A stretch of 45,145 nucleotides of DNA from positions 1-45,145 of IMG/VR virus record IMGVR_UViG_3300042923_001790; one strand, written 5' to 3'. Positions 26,586 through 34,983 of this stretch are shown here, in pieces (the first letter of the stretch is position 1; every line of letters starts with the position of its first letter). The stretch is from a virus (Duplodnaviria; Caudoviricetes). Under the pieces are notes generated by a model. The model was not told the DNA's origin, made no database searches, and was given only the letters and a program-made list of their open reading frames with translations. The translations under genes and the position numbers were made by a program.

Positions 26586-26828
26586 ATGCCCCATGGGCTG
26601 CAACTGCCACTTGCCAGACCGATCGTGTTGCAGGGTGATCCACCCCGCACGATCGACACTTTCTTGGCAGCTGTTGAGTTTCTGGCTTCGAGCGAGGGGC
26701 CGCGCTCCCCGGAGGTCGAGGCCACCATCGATCAGCTCATCGCCGCCGGGCAGAGCGGAGAGCCCTCGGCCGTAGACGACGTAACTGACCGGCTCGTGCT
26801 GTTGCTGCGTCAGCGCGGGCAGTTGTGA
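26586..26828 (+). CDS. Small hypothetical protein, paralog of 26874-27149
   Basis: GGAG RBS before ATG 26586; LPLARPIVL...TIDT...PEVEATIDQLIAA. Confidence 0.7.
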   Translation: MPHGLQLPLARPIVLQGDPPRTIDTFLAAVEFLASSEGPRSPEVEATIDQLIAAGQSGEPSAVDDVTDRLVLLLRQRGQL

Positions 26829-26873
26829 GGTGACGGCTCGGCCCTGCGCTTCTCGCGCCGAGCCTGCTGTCAG

Positions 26874-27149
26874 ATGAAACCAGTGAGCGGCTTCGCGCTT
26901 ATTGGCTCGATGGCACCGCACTGGCACACACCTCTGCCCGAGCCGATAGCGCTCACGTCCGGAACGTCGCTGCACACGCTGCTCGACGTCGGTGCTTTCC
27001 TGCGCGCGAACTACGAAGGCCGGCGCACGCCTCCGGTTGAGGCCACTATTTCTGCCCTGCTGCGCGCTGCGGACACCGGTGATGAAGCAGACCGGCACCT
27101 CGCCTACGAGCGCGTGGCGCGCCTCCTTCGCTTCAACCGCCTGATCTGA
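26874..27149 (+). CDS. Small hypothetical protein
   Basis: TPLPEPIAL...SLHTL...PPVEATISALLRAA. Confidence 0.7.
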   Translation: MKPVSGFALIGSMAPHWHTPLPEPIALTSGTSLHTLLDVGAFLRANYEGRRTPPVEATISALLRAADTGDEADRHLAYERVARLLRFNRLI

Positions 27150-27160
27150 CGTCCACGCTG

Positions 27161-27769
27161 TCATCCGGCCGCCTCCGTGGCGTCGAACTTCGTCGCTTCG
27201 TTGCCCCAGGTATCCCAGCCGGCGCGCGACTGCCGGGAGAAGACGGACACACGCCGCGCCTCCGGCCACGCCTTCTCAACGGCCGCGTAGAACTCGTCGG
27301 GCTTGCGGGAATGCTCCCTGGCAACGCCGTCGATCGCATCGGCTTCGAGCGTCTCGACGAGATTGGGGAAGCCGGCTCCCTTCCATGACGACCCGGGCAG
27401 CCGCGCGATGATGTACGGCTCGTGGAGCGACCGGGCGACATAGCCCGTGCCCCAACGCGCCTTGCCTGACGGGTATCGCTTGGTCCATCCGCCGCCGGTC
27501 ACCGGCAGCAGGCCCCAACCACGGATCACCTCGACATGGGCGCCGATCGCCACGAGCGGCCAGGTGCACCACATGATGCACACGCCGCCAGGCGCTATCA
27601 GATTGCCAACCGGCAGAGCCTTGATGTCGTCCAGCGACATCGTCTGGTACTGCGCCTGGGCGGACTTCTTCTCTCCCTTGGCCGAGCGAAGGGCGAAGGT
27701 CCACGCGGGATCGATCTCGGCGACGTCGTAGGCGAACATCGACAGGGGAGAGAACGGCCAGCCGGTCAC
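27161..27769 (-). CDS. MT-A70-family adenine methyltransferase
   Basis: IDPAW (DPPW variant), YQTMSLDDIKALPV, REHSRKPDEFY, GWDTWGNE. Confidence 0.9.
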   Translation of the reverse strand: MTGWPFSPLSMFAYDVAEIDPAWTFALRSAKGEKKSAQAQYQTMSLDDIKALPVGNLIAPGGVCIMWCTWPLVAIGAHVEVIRGWGLLPVTGGGWTKRYPSGKARWGTGYVARSLHEPYIIARLPGSSWKGAGFPNLVETLEADAIDGVAREHSRKPDEFYAAVEKAWPEARRVSVFSRQSRAGWDTWGNEATKFDATEAAG

Positions 27770-29169
27770 GCCGCTTCTTCCTGCAGCATAGCCTCCAGCG
27801 CCTTCACCTCGGCTGCCACATCGGCGCCGGACGTCACCAGCCCGTCGATCTTGCGCACGGCGTGCAGCACGGTGGTGTGGTCGCGCCCGCCGAAGCGCCG
27901 GCCGATCTCCGGCAGGGAGCGAAGGGTCAGCGTCTTGGCGAGGTACATCGCGATCTGGCGCGGTTTCACCACGTTCGCGGTGCGGCGCTGGGAGAGGATG
28001 TCGGCGCGGCTGACGCTGTAGCGCTTCGTCACCGCGCGCATGATGTCGTCGATCCGGATCCTCTTCGGCTCGGCGGTGCGGATGAGGTCCCGGAGCGCCG
28101 ATTCCGCTACCTCTGGCGTGATTTCACGGCCGGTCAGCTGGTTGTGAGCCAGCAGGCGGTTGAGCGCGCCATTGAGGTCCCTTCCCGTGTGTCCGCAGTG
28201 GCGGGCGACATATCCGAGGATGTCCGGCTCGACGCTGAAACCCGGATACTGCCGGGCGAGCACGCTGAGGCGGGATGTCAGGATGTCGAGCTTGAGCTCC
28301 TCCTCCAGCGGGGCGATCTCGACGACAAGCCCGCCCGCCATGCGAGATCGCGCACGCTCGTCCATCGCGTCGAACTCGGCGGGCGAGCGGTCGGCGGCGA
28401 GCACCACCTGGCGCCGGCACGCAATCACGGTGTTGAGCGTATAGGCGAACTCCTGAAGAACGCTCTTGCCCTGCAGGAACTGCACGTCGTCGATGATGAG
28501 TATGTCTGCGGCGCGCAGGGCCTCCTGGAACACCGGGGCTGACTGGCTCCTCAGGGCGGCCACGAAGCCGAACATGAAGCGCTCGGCAGTCAGGTACAGG
28601 ACGCGCCGGCCGCTTGCCTCGCCGGCGGCGGCCACTGCTTGAAGCAGGTGCGTCTTTCCCAGCCCGACGCCACCATGAATGAACAGCGGGTTGAACACCG
28701 GATCGCTGATGATGGGGCCGCCTGCGACCCTCTTGGCCGCGGCGTGGGCGAGGCGGTTGGAATCGCCCAGCCTGAAGGCGTCGAAGGTCAGCCGAGGATC
28801 GAGCGGCGATGAGAGCGGCGCGTCTTCGGCATGAACCGGCGGCGCAGCGGGCGCCAGCGGTGGCGCCGGCATGCTCAGCGGAACGGGACGGGTGGGCCGG
28901 GATGGCGGGTTAAGCTTCGCCTGGCGGACGTTGATGACGAGGCGAACGTCGGCGTCGACGGTCTGCCAGATCTCGGTCAGCACCGCCTCATAGTGCTGTG
29001 CGATCCAGACCTTCAGGAAACGCGTCGGGACCGACAGCACGACGATGCCGTCGGCGCATCTCTCGAATTCCAGCCGGATGAACCAGCTCGCGTAGACCTC
29101 CTCGCCCACGCGCGCCCTCAGGATGCTGCGGAGCCGGGTCCACGTTTCGGCGTCGACGGTCGTTTCCAT
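27766..29169 (-). CDS. dnaA: Full-length DnaA homolog (phage-borne)
   Basis: Domain I VYASWF..LSVPTRF, NPLFIHGGVGLGKTHLL, IIDDVQFLQGK, domain IV RQIAMYLAKTLTLRSLPEIGRRFGGRDHTTVLHAVRKI. Confidence 0.95.
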   Translation of the reverse strand: METTVDAETWTRLRSILRARVGEEVYASWFIRLEFERCADGIVVLSVPTRFLKVWIAQHYEAVLTEIWQTVDADVRLVINVRQAKLNPPSRPTRPVPLSMPAPPLAPAAPPVHAEDAPLSSPLDPRLTFDAFRLGDSNRLAHAAAKRVAGGPIISDPVFNPLFIHGGVGLGKTHLLQAVAAAGEASGRRVLYLTAERFMFGFVAALRSQSAPVFQEALRAADILIIDDVQFLQGKSVLQEFAYTLNTVIACRRQVVLAADRSPAEFDAMDERARSRMAGGLVVEIAPLEEELKLDILTSRLSVLARQYPGFSVEPDILGYVARHCGHTGRDLNGALNRLLAHNQLTGREITPEVAESALRDLIRTAEPKRIRIDDIMRAVTKRYSVSRADILSQRRTANVVKPRQIAMYLAKTLTLRSLPEIGRRFGGRDHTTVLHAVRKIDGLVTSGADVAAEVKALEAMLQEEAA

Positions 29170-29196
29170 CGCGGCCACCCTCAATGTTGGAGATTG

Positions 29197-29472
29197 TCAG
29201 CCGATCATTCCGAGCGACTGGAGATAGAGGTCGACGATCGCCTCATGTTCCGCGCGCTGGTCGGCGTCCTGCCGCCGGATCTTCAGGATCTCCTTCAGCG
29301 CCTTCACGTCGAACCCGGCACCCTTCGCCTCGGCGAAGACGTCCGAGATGTCGTCGGAGACGGTCTTCTTTTCCTCCTCGAGGCGCTCGATGCGCTCGAT
29401 GAAGGACTTAAGCATCTCTCGGGAGACGTTCGCGGCTTCTTCGCCGGTGGCGGTTTCGGGGTTCTCCGACAT
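29197..29472 (-). CDS. gapR: GapR-like nucleoid protein (DUF2312)
   Basis: LKSFIERIERLEEEKK...AEAKGAGFDVKALKEILKIR. Confidence 0.92.
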   Translation of the reverse strand: MSENPETATGEEAANVSREMLKSFIERIERLEEEKKTVSDDISDVFAEAKGAGFDVKALKEILKIRRQDADQRAEHEAIVDLYLQSLGMIG

Positions 29473-29503
29473 GATGAGGCTCCAGTTATGAGGCGGCTGT
29501 GGA

Positions 29504-29752
29504 TCAGCGCGCGAAGAGATCGGCCACCGGCGCGGCGGGGCGCTCAGCGGGCTTGGTCTGTTTCAGTTCAAGAGGGATCAGCAGGCGAGTGAGGAGGCTG
29601 ATGCGGCGAGCCAACGGCGGCCGGCGATAATCGTGTGGCTTGAGAGAGTTGTATTCCGCGATGGCTGCCGCTCGCGTTGCGGCCACTTCTCTGCGCCGCA
29701 TCTCGGTCCGGGTCGGCTTCGGGTCGGCCGTCTTGTGGTAAGAGCGCGACAT
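29504..29752 (-). CDS. Hypothetical protein (82 aa)
   Basis: GGAGG RBS, in operon. Confidence 0.65.
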   Translation of the reverse strand: MSRSYHKTADPKPTRTEMRRREVAATRAAAIAEYNSLKPHDYRRPPLARRISLLTRLLIPLELKQTKPAERPAAPVADLFAR

Positions 29753-29767
29753 GTCCCCTCCCCATGA

Positions 29768-29923
29768 TTACCTGGCGAAGAGCGCAGCGAGCAGGTTCGC
29801 CGCCATGTCGATGATGTCTTTCGTGAAGTGCTGCCGCTCGCGCCGGCGGCGAGCGGCGGGTCGCTCGAAGGAGTGGTGCTTGCCGCGAGGCCGACCGGTC
29901 TTGAACGTTGTCCGCCTCGTCAC
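29768..29923 (-). CDS. Small basic hypothetical protein (51 aa)
   Basis: GTGA overlap with upstream stop; GGAGG RBS. Confidence 0.55.
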   Translation of the reverse strand: MTRRTTFKTGRPRGKHHSFERPAARRRRERQHFTKDIIDMAANLLAALFAR

Positions 29924-30429
29924 CGCCCGCCTCCCTGTTTGGGAAGCCGGCTCACATTGCTCGCGCCCGCGGCTTTGATCTCCGCGCACTCTTCCCGCAG
30001 TTCGTCGACAGCACGCGCGAGGTCGGCGGCTTCGCGCTCGATCCGCTCGGCATCAGTCGGCGAGAAGCGTCCGTCCGCTCGGGCGTCGGCAACAGCATGC
30101 GTGACATCGGCGAATTCGCGCATCACGGCGGTGTGGCGAGCGTCGATATCGACCCGCTTGCCGCCATCATCGTCGCCCGACCGCGTCAGCTCATGGCCGC
30201 TGTAGTCGGCCATCACCTTTGTGACGTAGGGGCGGCCGCAATCGGCCTCCAACACCATGGCCGACAGAAGCGGGATCAGGTCCTTGTCCTGTTGGTAGCG
30301 GTAGACGCTCCCGGGATGAACACCGAGGAGCTCTGCGCTGCGTTCGGCGCCGCCGCATTCGGTGATAAGGTCCCGGGTGGCCGCGACGATGCGCAGGCGC
30401 CAAGCGCGCGGGATCGGGTGCTCAGCCAA
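29920..30429 (-). CDS. CII-like regulator
   Basis: ATRDLITECGGAERSA...LEADCGRPYVT...ADGRFSPTDAERIERE; follows cro. Confidence 0.7.
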   Translation of the reverse strand: MAEHPIPRAWRLRIVAATRDLITECGGAERSAELLGVHPGSVYRYQQDKDLIPLLSAMVLEADCGRPYVTKVMADYSGHELTRSGDDDGGKRVDIDARHTAVMREFADVTHAVADARADGRFSPTDAERIEREAADLARAVDELREECAEIKAAGASNVSRLPKQGGGR

Positions 30430-30751
30430 GGTGCCCCTCCCCTGAGAATTCGCCTACGCCATTCGCGGCGGTATCTTGGTGCGAAACGTGCGATGACTGA
30501 TTTCCGTGAGCAGACGGAGGAACCTTGTGCTCGAACGGGATCATGTCCTTGGCGGTGATGTCGATGCTCGCGTGTGCCGCTTCGCGCAGAAGGACAGGCA
30601 TGTACTTCGCCGGGATGACGCCGCCGGTACCGCCCTTGGCCTTGGCCATCCGCCAACGCTGGACCGTCGAAATGTGCAAATCGCAGACGACGGCGACCCT
30701 CGAAAGGCCACCTAAGCGGGCAATAACAGATGCGGCGGGTTCACAATGCAT
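30422..30751 (-). CDS. Cro-like HTH protein
   Basis: VIARLGGLSRVA...STVQRWR..KGGTGGVIP; divergent from cI. Confidence 0.8.
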   Translation of the reverse strand: MHCEPAASVIARLGGLSRVAVVCDLHISTVQRWRMAKAKGGTGGVIPAKYMPVLLREAAHASIDITAKDMIPFEHKVPPSAHGNQSSHVSHQDTAANGVGEFSGEGHLG

Positions 30752-30758
30752 TGCACGA

Positions 30759-30844
30759 CTATGAGATAATCGCACAATCACGTCAAGCAAACTATGAGAC
30801 AATCGCACAGGACGCTGTGCCGGCTTTAGTGCGAAAATCGCACA
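30759..30844. promoter_or_regulatory. OR-like operators (three) and cro promoter
   Basis: CTATGAGATAATCGCACA 30759-30776, CTATGAGACAATCGCACA 30792-30809, TAGTGCGAAAATCGCACA 30827-30844; minus-strand TTGACG-N17-CATAGT. Confidence 0.85.
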
Positions 30845-31533
30845 TGGCCCTCAGCAAGCATCAACAATGGATCGCGGATCAGCTCGCCGCCACGGGCGTG
30901 TCCCAATCCGAGCTAGCGCGACAGATCGGATTGGATGACCCGTCGAAGGTCAACAGGATCGTGAAGGGCCTGCGTCGTGTTCAGCCCGAAGAGCTTGAGA
31001 AGGCGGAGGCGTTCTTCGCCTCGCTCAGCTCTGGCGATCCGCCTATCGACCAGGCTCGCCCTGTCAGAGCCACGCTCATCCCGACGCCGGTTTCCGGCCA
31101 AGTGAGCGCCGGCCTTTTCCAAGAGGTCGACGACGTCGAAAACCAAGATGCCGATGAGGTGCTGGTCGCGCGCGACCCGCGGTATCCGCAGGCGCGAATG
31201 GTCGTGTTCGATGTGGGCGGCAACTCGATGAACGCCTTCGACCCGCCGATCCCGGACGGCTCTCGCGTCAGCGGCCCCGTCTTTGAGGACATCCGCGAGG
31301 TCCCGCGAAACGGCATGGCCGTGGTCATTCAGCGATCAACCGCTGACGGGCAGATGCTCGAGTGGTCGGTCAAGGAGATCGAGGTGCGGGAGGACGGGTA
31401 CACGTTCCATCCCCGCTCCACGGATCCTCGCTACAAGGCGATCGTGGTCGATACAGACCTCAACGCCGACGACGGGAAGAAGGTCGAGATCATTGCGCTG
31501 GTGACGGATGTTACGCGGCCGGTGAGGTGGTGA
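30844..31533 (+). CDS. cI: CI-like repressor (XRE HTH + S24 peptidase domain)
   Basis: SQSELARQIGLDDPSKVNRIVKG; VSAG, GNSM and SVKE autocleavage motifs. Confidence 0.92.
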   Translation: MALSKHQQWIADQLAATGVSQSELARQIGLDDPSKVNRIVKGLRRVQPEELEKAEAFFASLSSGDPPIDQARPVRATLIPTPVSGQVSAGLFQEVDDVENQDADEVLVARDPRYPQARMVVFDVGGNSMNAFDPPIPDGSRVSGPVFEDIREVPRNGMAVVIQRSTADGQMLEWSVKEIEVREDGYTFHPRSTDPRYKAIVVDTDLNADDGKKVEIIALVTDVTRPVRW

Positions 31534-31576
31534 GGGGCTCATCTAGACACCGCTAGCCCTCGCGGCAAGCTCGCAG

Positions 31577-31733
31577 AAAGCCGAGTTGAAGCGCAAGGGC
31601 GTGACCTATGCCAAGCTCGTTGACCACTTGGCCGCAATTAGCGTTGACGAGAACGAGGTGAACATTCGAAATAAACTCTCTCGGAGCAAGTTAATCGCGG
31701 CTATTTTTCCAATGCCTTGCTGCGATTGGGGCA
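31577..31733 (+). pseudogene. Remnant of a DUF6471-like HTH gene
   Basis: KAELKRKGVTYAKLVDHLAAISVDENEVNIRNKLSRSK..AAIF, then frameshift to QCLAAIG; no start codon seen. Confidence 0.65.
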
Positions 31734-31758
31734 AAGGGTAAAAATACAGAATAGCGCT

Positions 31759-32718
31759 CTAATCAAACAGATCAGATTGTTGGAGCTTAGGCGGCGCGGG
31801 GACAAATTTTATAACACTCAATATCTTGTAATTCGCTTGATGGACCTTTCCTTCAGAGTTTATCTGGCTTGAAATCTCAAGAACCACTTGGTAAGCGTCA
31901 TCTACCATCGCGCCGCCGCGCTCTATCGCGGACTTAGCTATATCAGTTTCAGTTATATCTGCATATATAACATCACGACCATACCTAAAACGCCACTTTC
32001 CAGCATCTTCGTCATATACCGGCGAGTATACTGATAGCCAAGCAGTGACCGTCTCGATTTCCGGGTCTTTATCCTTTGATTCGGCGATACCAGAATTACA
32101 AGACTCGACGATATCTCTAACCGCTTCAGCACCAAATTCAGCAGCAATTTGCCCGCCGTCTTTAAATTTTACTTCATCAAAACCATCGGTTCCGATGGGT
32201 ATGAATGCGTCCCGCGCAGCGCGTAACGCTGTGGGGTTCTCGGAAAGTCGATAGATGCTCGGGTCGATCTGCACGGTGTTGCCGTCACCGACGATTCTGA
32301 CCTCAATCTTTCCCCTTTTATCACTATCAACCAGAGGGGGGACGACCTCAACTTTTCTGCCCTTCTTCCACTTGAGATATTGGAAGAACGACATTCCAAA
32401 TAATCCGGATGGCCCTACGATCAGACCCACCCACTCAAGAATATCCTTCGCACTTTTTGCCTCATCTGTAGCCAAAAGCGCTTTGATTTGCTCATAAATA
32501 CCAACAACTAATTCGAAATTTATGTGAAAACATTTGTGCTCAAAATCGGAAACCACAAGAACCTTGGCTATGGACTTCTTGCCGTTTATCTCATGATTGG
32601 CTTCTCTTAGAAGTCGCCCGAATGCAAGCAGCGCTGGGGCCAACGTCTGCACATCAATTGAATGAGGCTCAGGCCTGCCTGTCCCATCGTAGGCGACGGC
32701 AAATTCATATTTGCTCAT
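31759..32718 (-). CDS. Low-GC moron protein of unknown function (319 aa)
   Basis: Markedly AT-richer than flanks; GAGG RBS before ATG 32718. Confidence 0.85.
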   Translation of the reverse strand: MSKYEFAVAYDGTGRPEPHSIDVQTLAPALLAFGRLLREANHEINGKKSIAKVLVVSDFEHKCFHINFELVVGIYEQIKALLATDEAKSAKDILEWVGLIVGPSGLFGMSFFQYLKWKKGRKVEVVPPLVDSDKRGKIEVRIVGDGNTVQIDPSIYRLSENPTALRAARDAFIPIGTDGFDEVKFKDGGQIAAEFGAEAVRDIVESCNSGIAESKDKDPEIETVTAWLSVYSPVYDEDAGKWRFRYGRDVIYADITETDIAKSAIERGGAMVDDAYQVVLEISSQINSEGKVHQANYKILSVIKFVPAPPKLQQSDLFD

Positions 32719-32924
32719 CTCCGCCTCTTTCCGATCTGGCATTGTAACCCTCCCCGCATACCCGCTGAGAGAATTGCACGGCCCATTTCCGCCACCAAGG
32801 GTTTGGCGCGTTTGCCAACCCAATCCGCATCATTTTACCGCCTGCCACGGCGGGATAGGCAGCTTCTCCACGTTCGACATTCTGCCCTTCAGGCCCTAAA
32901 GCTTACGCACCGCGAGGTGGTGTT

Positions 32925-33173
32925 CTACCCCGCCTCCAGCACCCCTTCCGGCACCTCGCCATAGCTGGCGATCAGCACCGGCGGCTCAGCATCGCCGCTC
33001 TCGGTCTCGACTTCGGTCGAAAAGGCGATGGCGCCTGCCTTCACCAGGCTGAAGCGCTTGGCCTTGCGGTCGGCATCCTCGGCGTCGCGCGCTTCCATCG
33101 GAATTCCGGCTTTGATCCGGCCGCGCTTCTGCGCCTCGAACGGCTGCACGACATAGAACGTCTTCTTGGTCAT
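32925..33173 (-). CDS. Hypothetical protein (82 aa)
   Basis: MTKKTFYVVQPF...GAIAFS...PVLIASYGEVP; GGAGG RBS, ATGA overlap. Confidence 0.8.
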   Translation of the reverse strand: MTKKTFYVVQPFEAQKRGRIKAGIPMEARDAEDADRKAKRFSLVKAGAIAFSTEVETESGDAEPPVLIASYGEVPEGVLEAG

Positions 33174-33505
33174 TGGACCCTCCTGGGAGGCATGGGAAGC
33201 CGATGCGGCCGCGCCGGGGGCCGGGGCTTGGGATTGCGCAGGGCGTATTGCGCCATGCTGAGATCGGCGGGATGCAGCGCCAGCTCGGACATGATGATCG
33301 CCGCTAGGGATGGATCCTCGGCCACATAGTCGACGACGCCGGCGAGGAAGCGAGGATCCTCGGCAAGGGCCCTGATCGCCACCGGCTCGATCCCGGTCAG
33401 TGTCAGGAACTGCACCAGTCGATCTGGTTGCTTCGCGATGGTCCCGAGCACCGCGATTGCGATCCATTCTGCCCGGTCGCGGTTCACTGGTGGCGCGTCA
33501 TGCAT
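33170..33505 (-). CDS. DUF3572-like protein
   Basis: AEWIAIAVLG...RLVQFLTLTGIEPVAIRALAEDPRFLAGVVDYV. Confidence 0.8.
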   Translation of the reverse strand: MHDAPPVNRDRAEWIAIAVLGTIAKQPDRLVQFLTLTGIEPVAIRALAEDPRFLAGVVDYVAEDPSLAAIIMSELALHPADLSMAQYALRNPKPRPPARPHRLPMPPRRVQ

Positions 33506-33731
33506 AGGACGGCTCCGTGACGTCCGCGGCGCCGACGATGATGCCGATCGGCATCTCGCACGCCTTGCAAGCGAATTTCTGCTCCGCCAGGAACTGGCTC
33601 TCCAGCAACTCGTCCAGACAGGTCGGCGCGCCCTCGACCGCCGGCATGTCGAGCCGATGCATCGTATCCACCTTGCAATTGAAGCACCGGATTTTCAGTC
33701 GGAAGCGGGCTGCGATCCCGTCGGCTGACAT
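33498..33731 (-). CDS. Small Zn-ribbon protein
   Basis: CFNC...CKAC; GAGG RBS before ATG 33731. Confidence 0.75.
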   Translation of the reverse strand: MSADGIAARFRLKIRCFNCKVDTMHRLDMPAVEGAPTCLDELLESQFLAEQKFACKACEMPIGIIVGAADVTEPSYA

Positions 33732-33749
33732 GCGGCTCACCCTCTGTTT

Positions 33750-33764
33750 GTTCTCTCTATGTTC
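33750..33764. promoter_or_regulatory. Alphaproteobacterial LexA (SOS) box
   Basis: GTTC-TCTCTAT-GTTC, exact GTTC-N7-GTTC, about 20 nt upstream of the minus-strand three-gene operon. Confidence 0.85.
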
Positions 33765-33828
33765 TCATTTTGCTAACCATATCTGCCGGAGTCGAGTCGC
33801 CCGACAGACCCTTCCGCATGCGAAATGT

Positions 33829-33882
33829 TATGCGATTATCTCACAGACACGCTTGACATGAATTGTGCGATAATCTCATAGT
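33829..33882 (+). promoter_or_regulatory. OL-like operators (two) and early rightward promoter
   Basis: TATGCGATTATCTCACAG 33829-33846 and TGTGCGATAATCTCATAG 33864-33881 match the cI/cro operators; TTGACA-N18-CATAGT. Confidence 0.85.
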
Positions 33883-33978
33883 TATTCCGTTCAGCGCTCC
33901 TGCTGATGCGTGCCCGGCGGTGAGCCACCGCCCCCCGCTTAGCCGCCGGGCACGTCAACCGCTGATGGGATTTCCGCC

Positions 33979-34230
33979 ATGTGCGATTGCATCGAGCAGA
34001 TCGACGCGAAGCTCGCCGAGCGCAACAGCAAGCTCCAGATCGGCTTCACGTTCGGTACGCCGGATCGTCCCGGTTACACGTTCCCTGCGCTGACGACCGA
34101 CAAGATCGACAAGCGCAATCGCGACAAGATGGGCGCGATCCCGACCTTCTGCCCGTTCTGCGGCGAGAGGTACGTCGCCATTCCGGAGGCGCCGCAGCGC
34201 CCCGAGGCCGATCGCGCGCCGGCCCACTGA
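33979..34230 (+). CDS. Small Cys-rich (Zn-binding) protein
   Basis: MCDC...FCPFCG. Confidence 0.8.
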   Translation: MCDCIEQIDAKLAERNSKLQIGFTFGTPDRPGYTFPALTTDKIDKRNRDKMGAIPTFCPFCGERYVAIPEAPQRPEADRAPAH

Positions 34231-34322
34231 ACTCTGGCAGGTGCCAAGCACCGCCCGGCCGGATCGCTCCTCCCTGAAAACCCAAGTCGATCCGGCCGCC
34301 CTCCCCTTCGAAGGACGATGAA

Positions 34323-34532
34323 ATGGCCAAGCTCCGTCCCGCCACCAACGAGCAGCGCATTCGCGCCAAGGCCGCCGAATTCCGGCTGCGCGCCGCGCTT
34401 GAAGACGCCGAGGCAGCCGACTGCCCGAAGCTCGCCCACAGCATTCGCAGCGCTCTCAAGTCCGCTGACGGCGCCCGCCGTCACATGGAGCGTCGGCGTG
34501 CCGCAATCTCTCAGCGGAGTGATCAGCCGTGA
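34323..34532 (+). CDS. Hypothetical protein (69 aa)
   Basis: AAGGA RBS; ADCPKLAHSIRSALKSADGARRH. Confidence 0.75.
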   Translation: MAKLRPATNEQRIRAKAAEFRLRAALEDAEAADCPKLAHSIRSALKSADGARRHMERRRAAISQRSDQP

Positions 34533-34777
34533 TCGCATCATCCGTCGTGGCCGGACCATCGGCCGTTCGCAAGCGCTCCATCGTCATCGCCGGCCACAAG
34601 ACCAGCATCTCCATGGAAGACGCCTTCTGGTCGGCTCTCCGCGATATCGCTGCGGCCTCGAAGCGAACACTCTCGGACATCGTTGCCGAAATCGATGCGA
34701 GCCGCTCCAACGGCAACCTCTCGTCCGCGGTCCGCCTCCACGTGCTGGCCTATTACCGGGACGGGAGGCCGCAGTGA
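34529..34777 (+). CDS. Ribbon-helix-helix protein (RHH_4 type)
   Basis: KRSIVIAGHKTSISMEDAFW...NLSSAVRLHVL. Confidence 0.9.
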   Translation: MIASSVVAGPSAVRKRSIVIAGHKTSISMEDAFWSALRDIAAASKRTLSDIVAEIDASRSNGNLSSAVRLHVLAYYRDGRPQ

Positions 34778-34983
34778 TCGCGCCCTCCGCCGCTCCGAGC
34801 GAGTTGCAGCAGACACCTGCCTACCTCGCCAGAGAGCCCCTCGCCCTGGTGATCAGCCAAGTGGAGACGATGCTGGCGCAAAGCCAGGACACGACCGCTG
34901 TCCTTCAGGAGCAGCTCCGAAACCTGAAGGCGTTCGACCGTCGGTTCCGTGACATGCCGCTGGATGAGGTGCGCCATGGGTAG
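34774..34983 (+). CDS. Hypothetical coiled-coil protein (69 aa)
   Basis: GGAGG RBS, GTGA overlap. Confidence 0.6.
   Translation: MIAPSAAPSELQQTPAYLAREPLALVISQVETMLAQSQDTTAVLQEQLRNLKAFDRRFRDMPLDEVRHG

Noticed and set aside
26103-27269. 388-aa minus-strand ORF that would keep the operon co-directional
   Set aside because: Composition looks non-protein-like, while the opposite strand has three coherent ORFs including a paralog pair. A short real gene at either end cannot be excluded.
27766-29169. Host chromosomal origin region (dnaA locus)
   Set aside because: No dnaN/recF/gyrB/rpmH nearby; the gene is embedded in and coupled to phage early genes.
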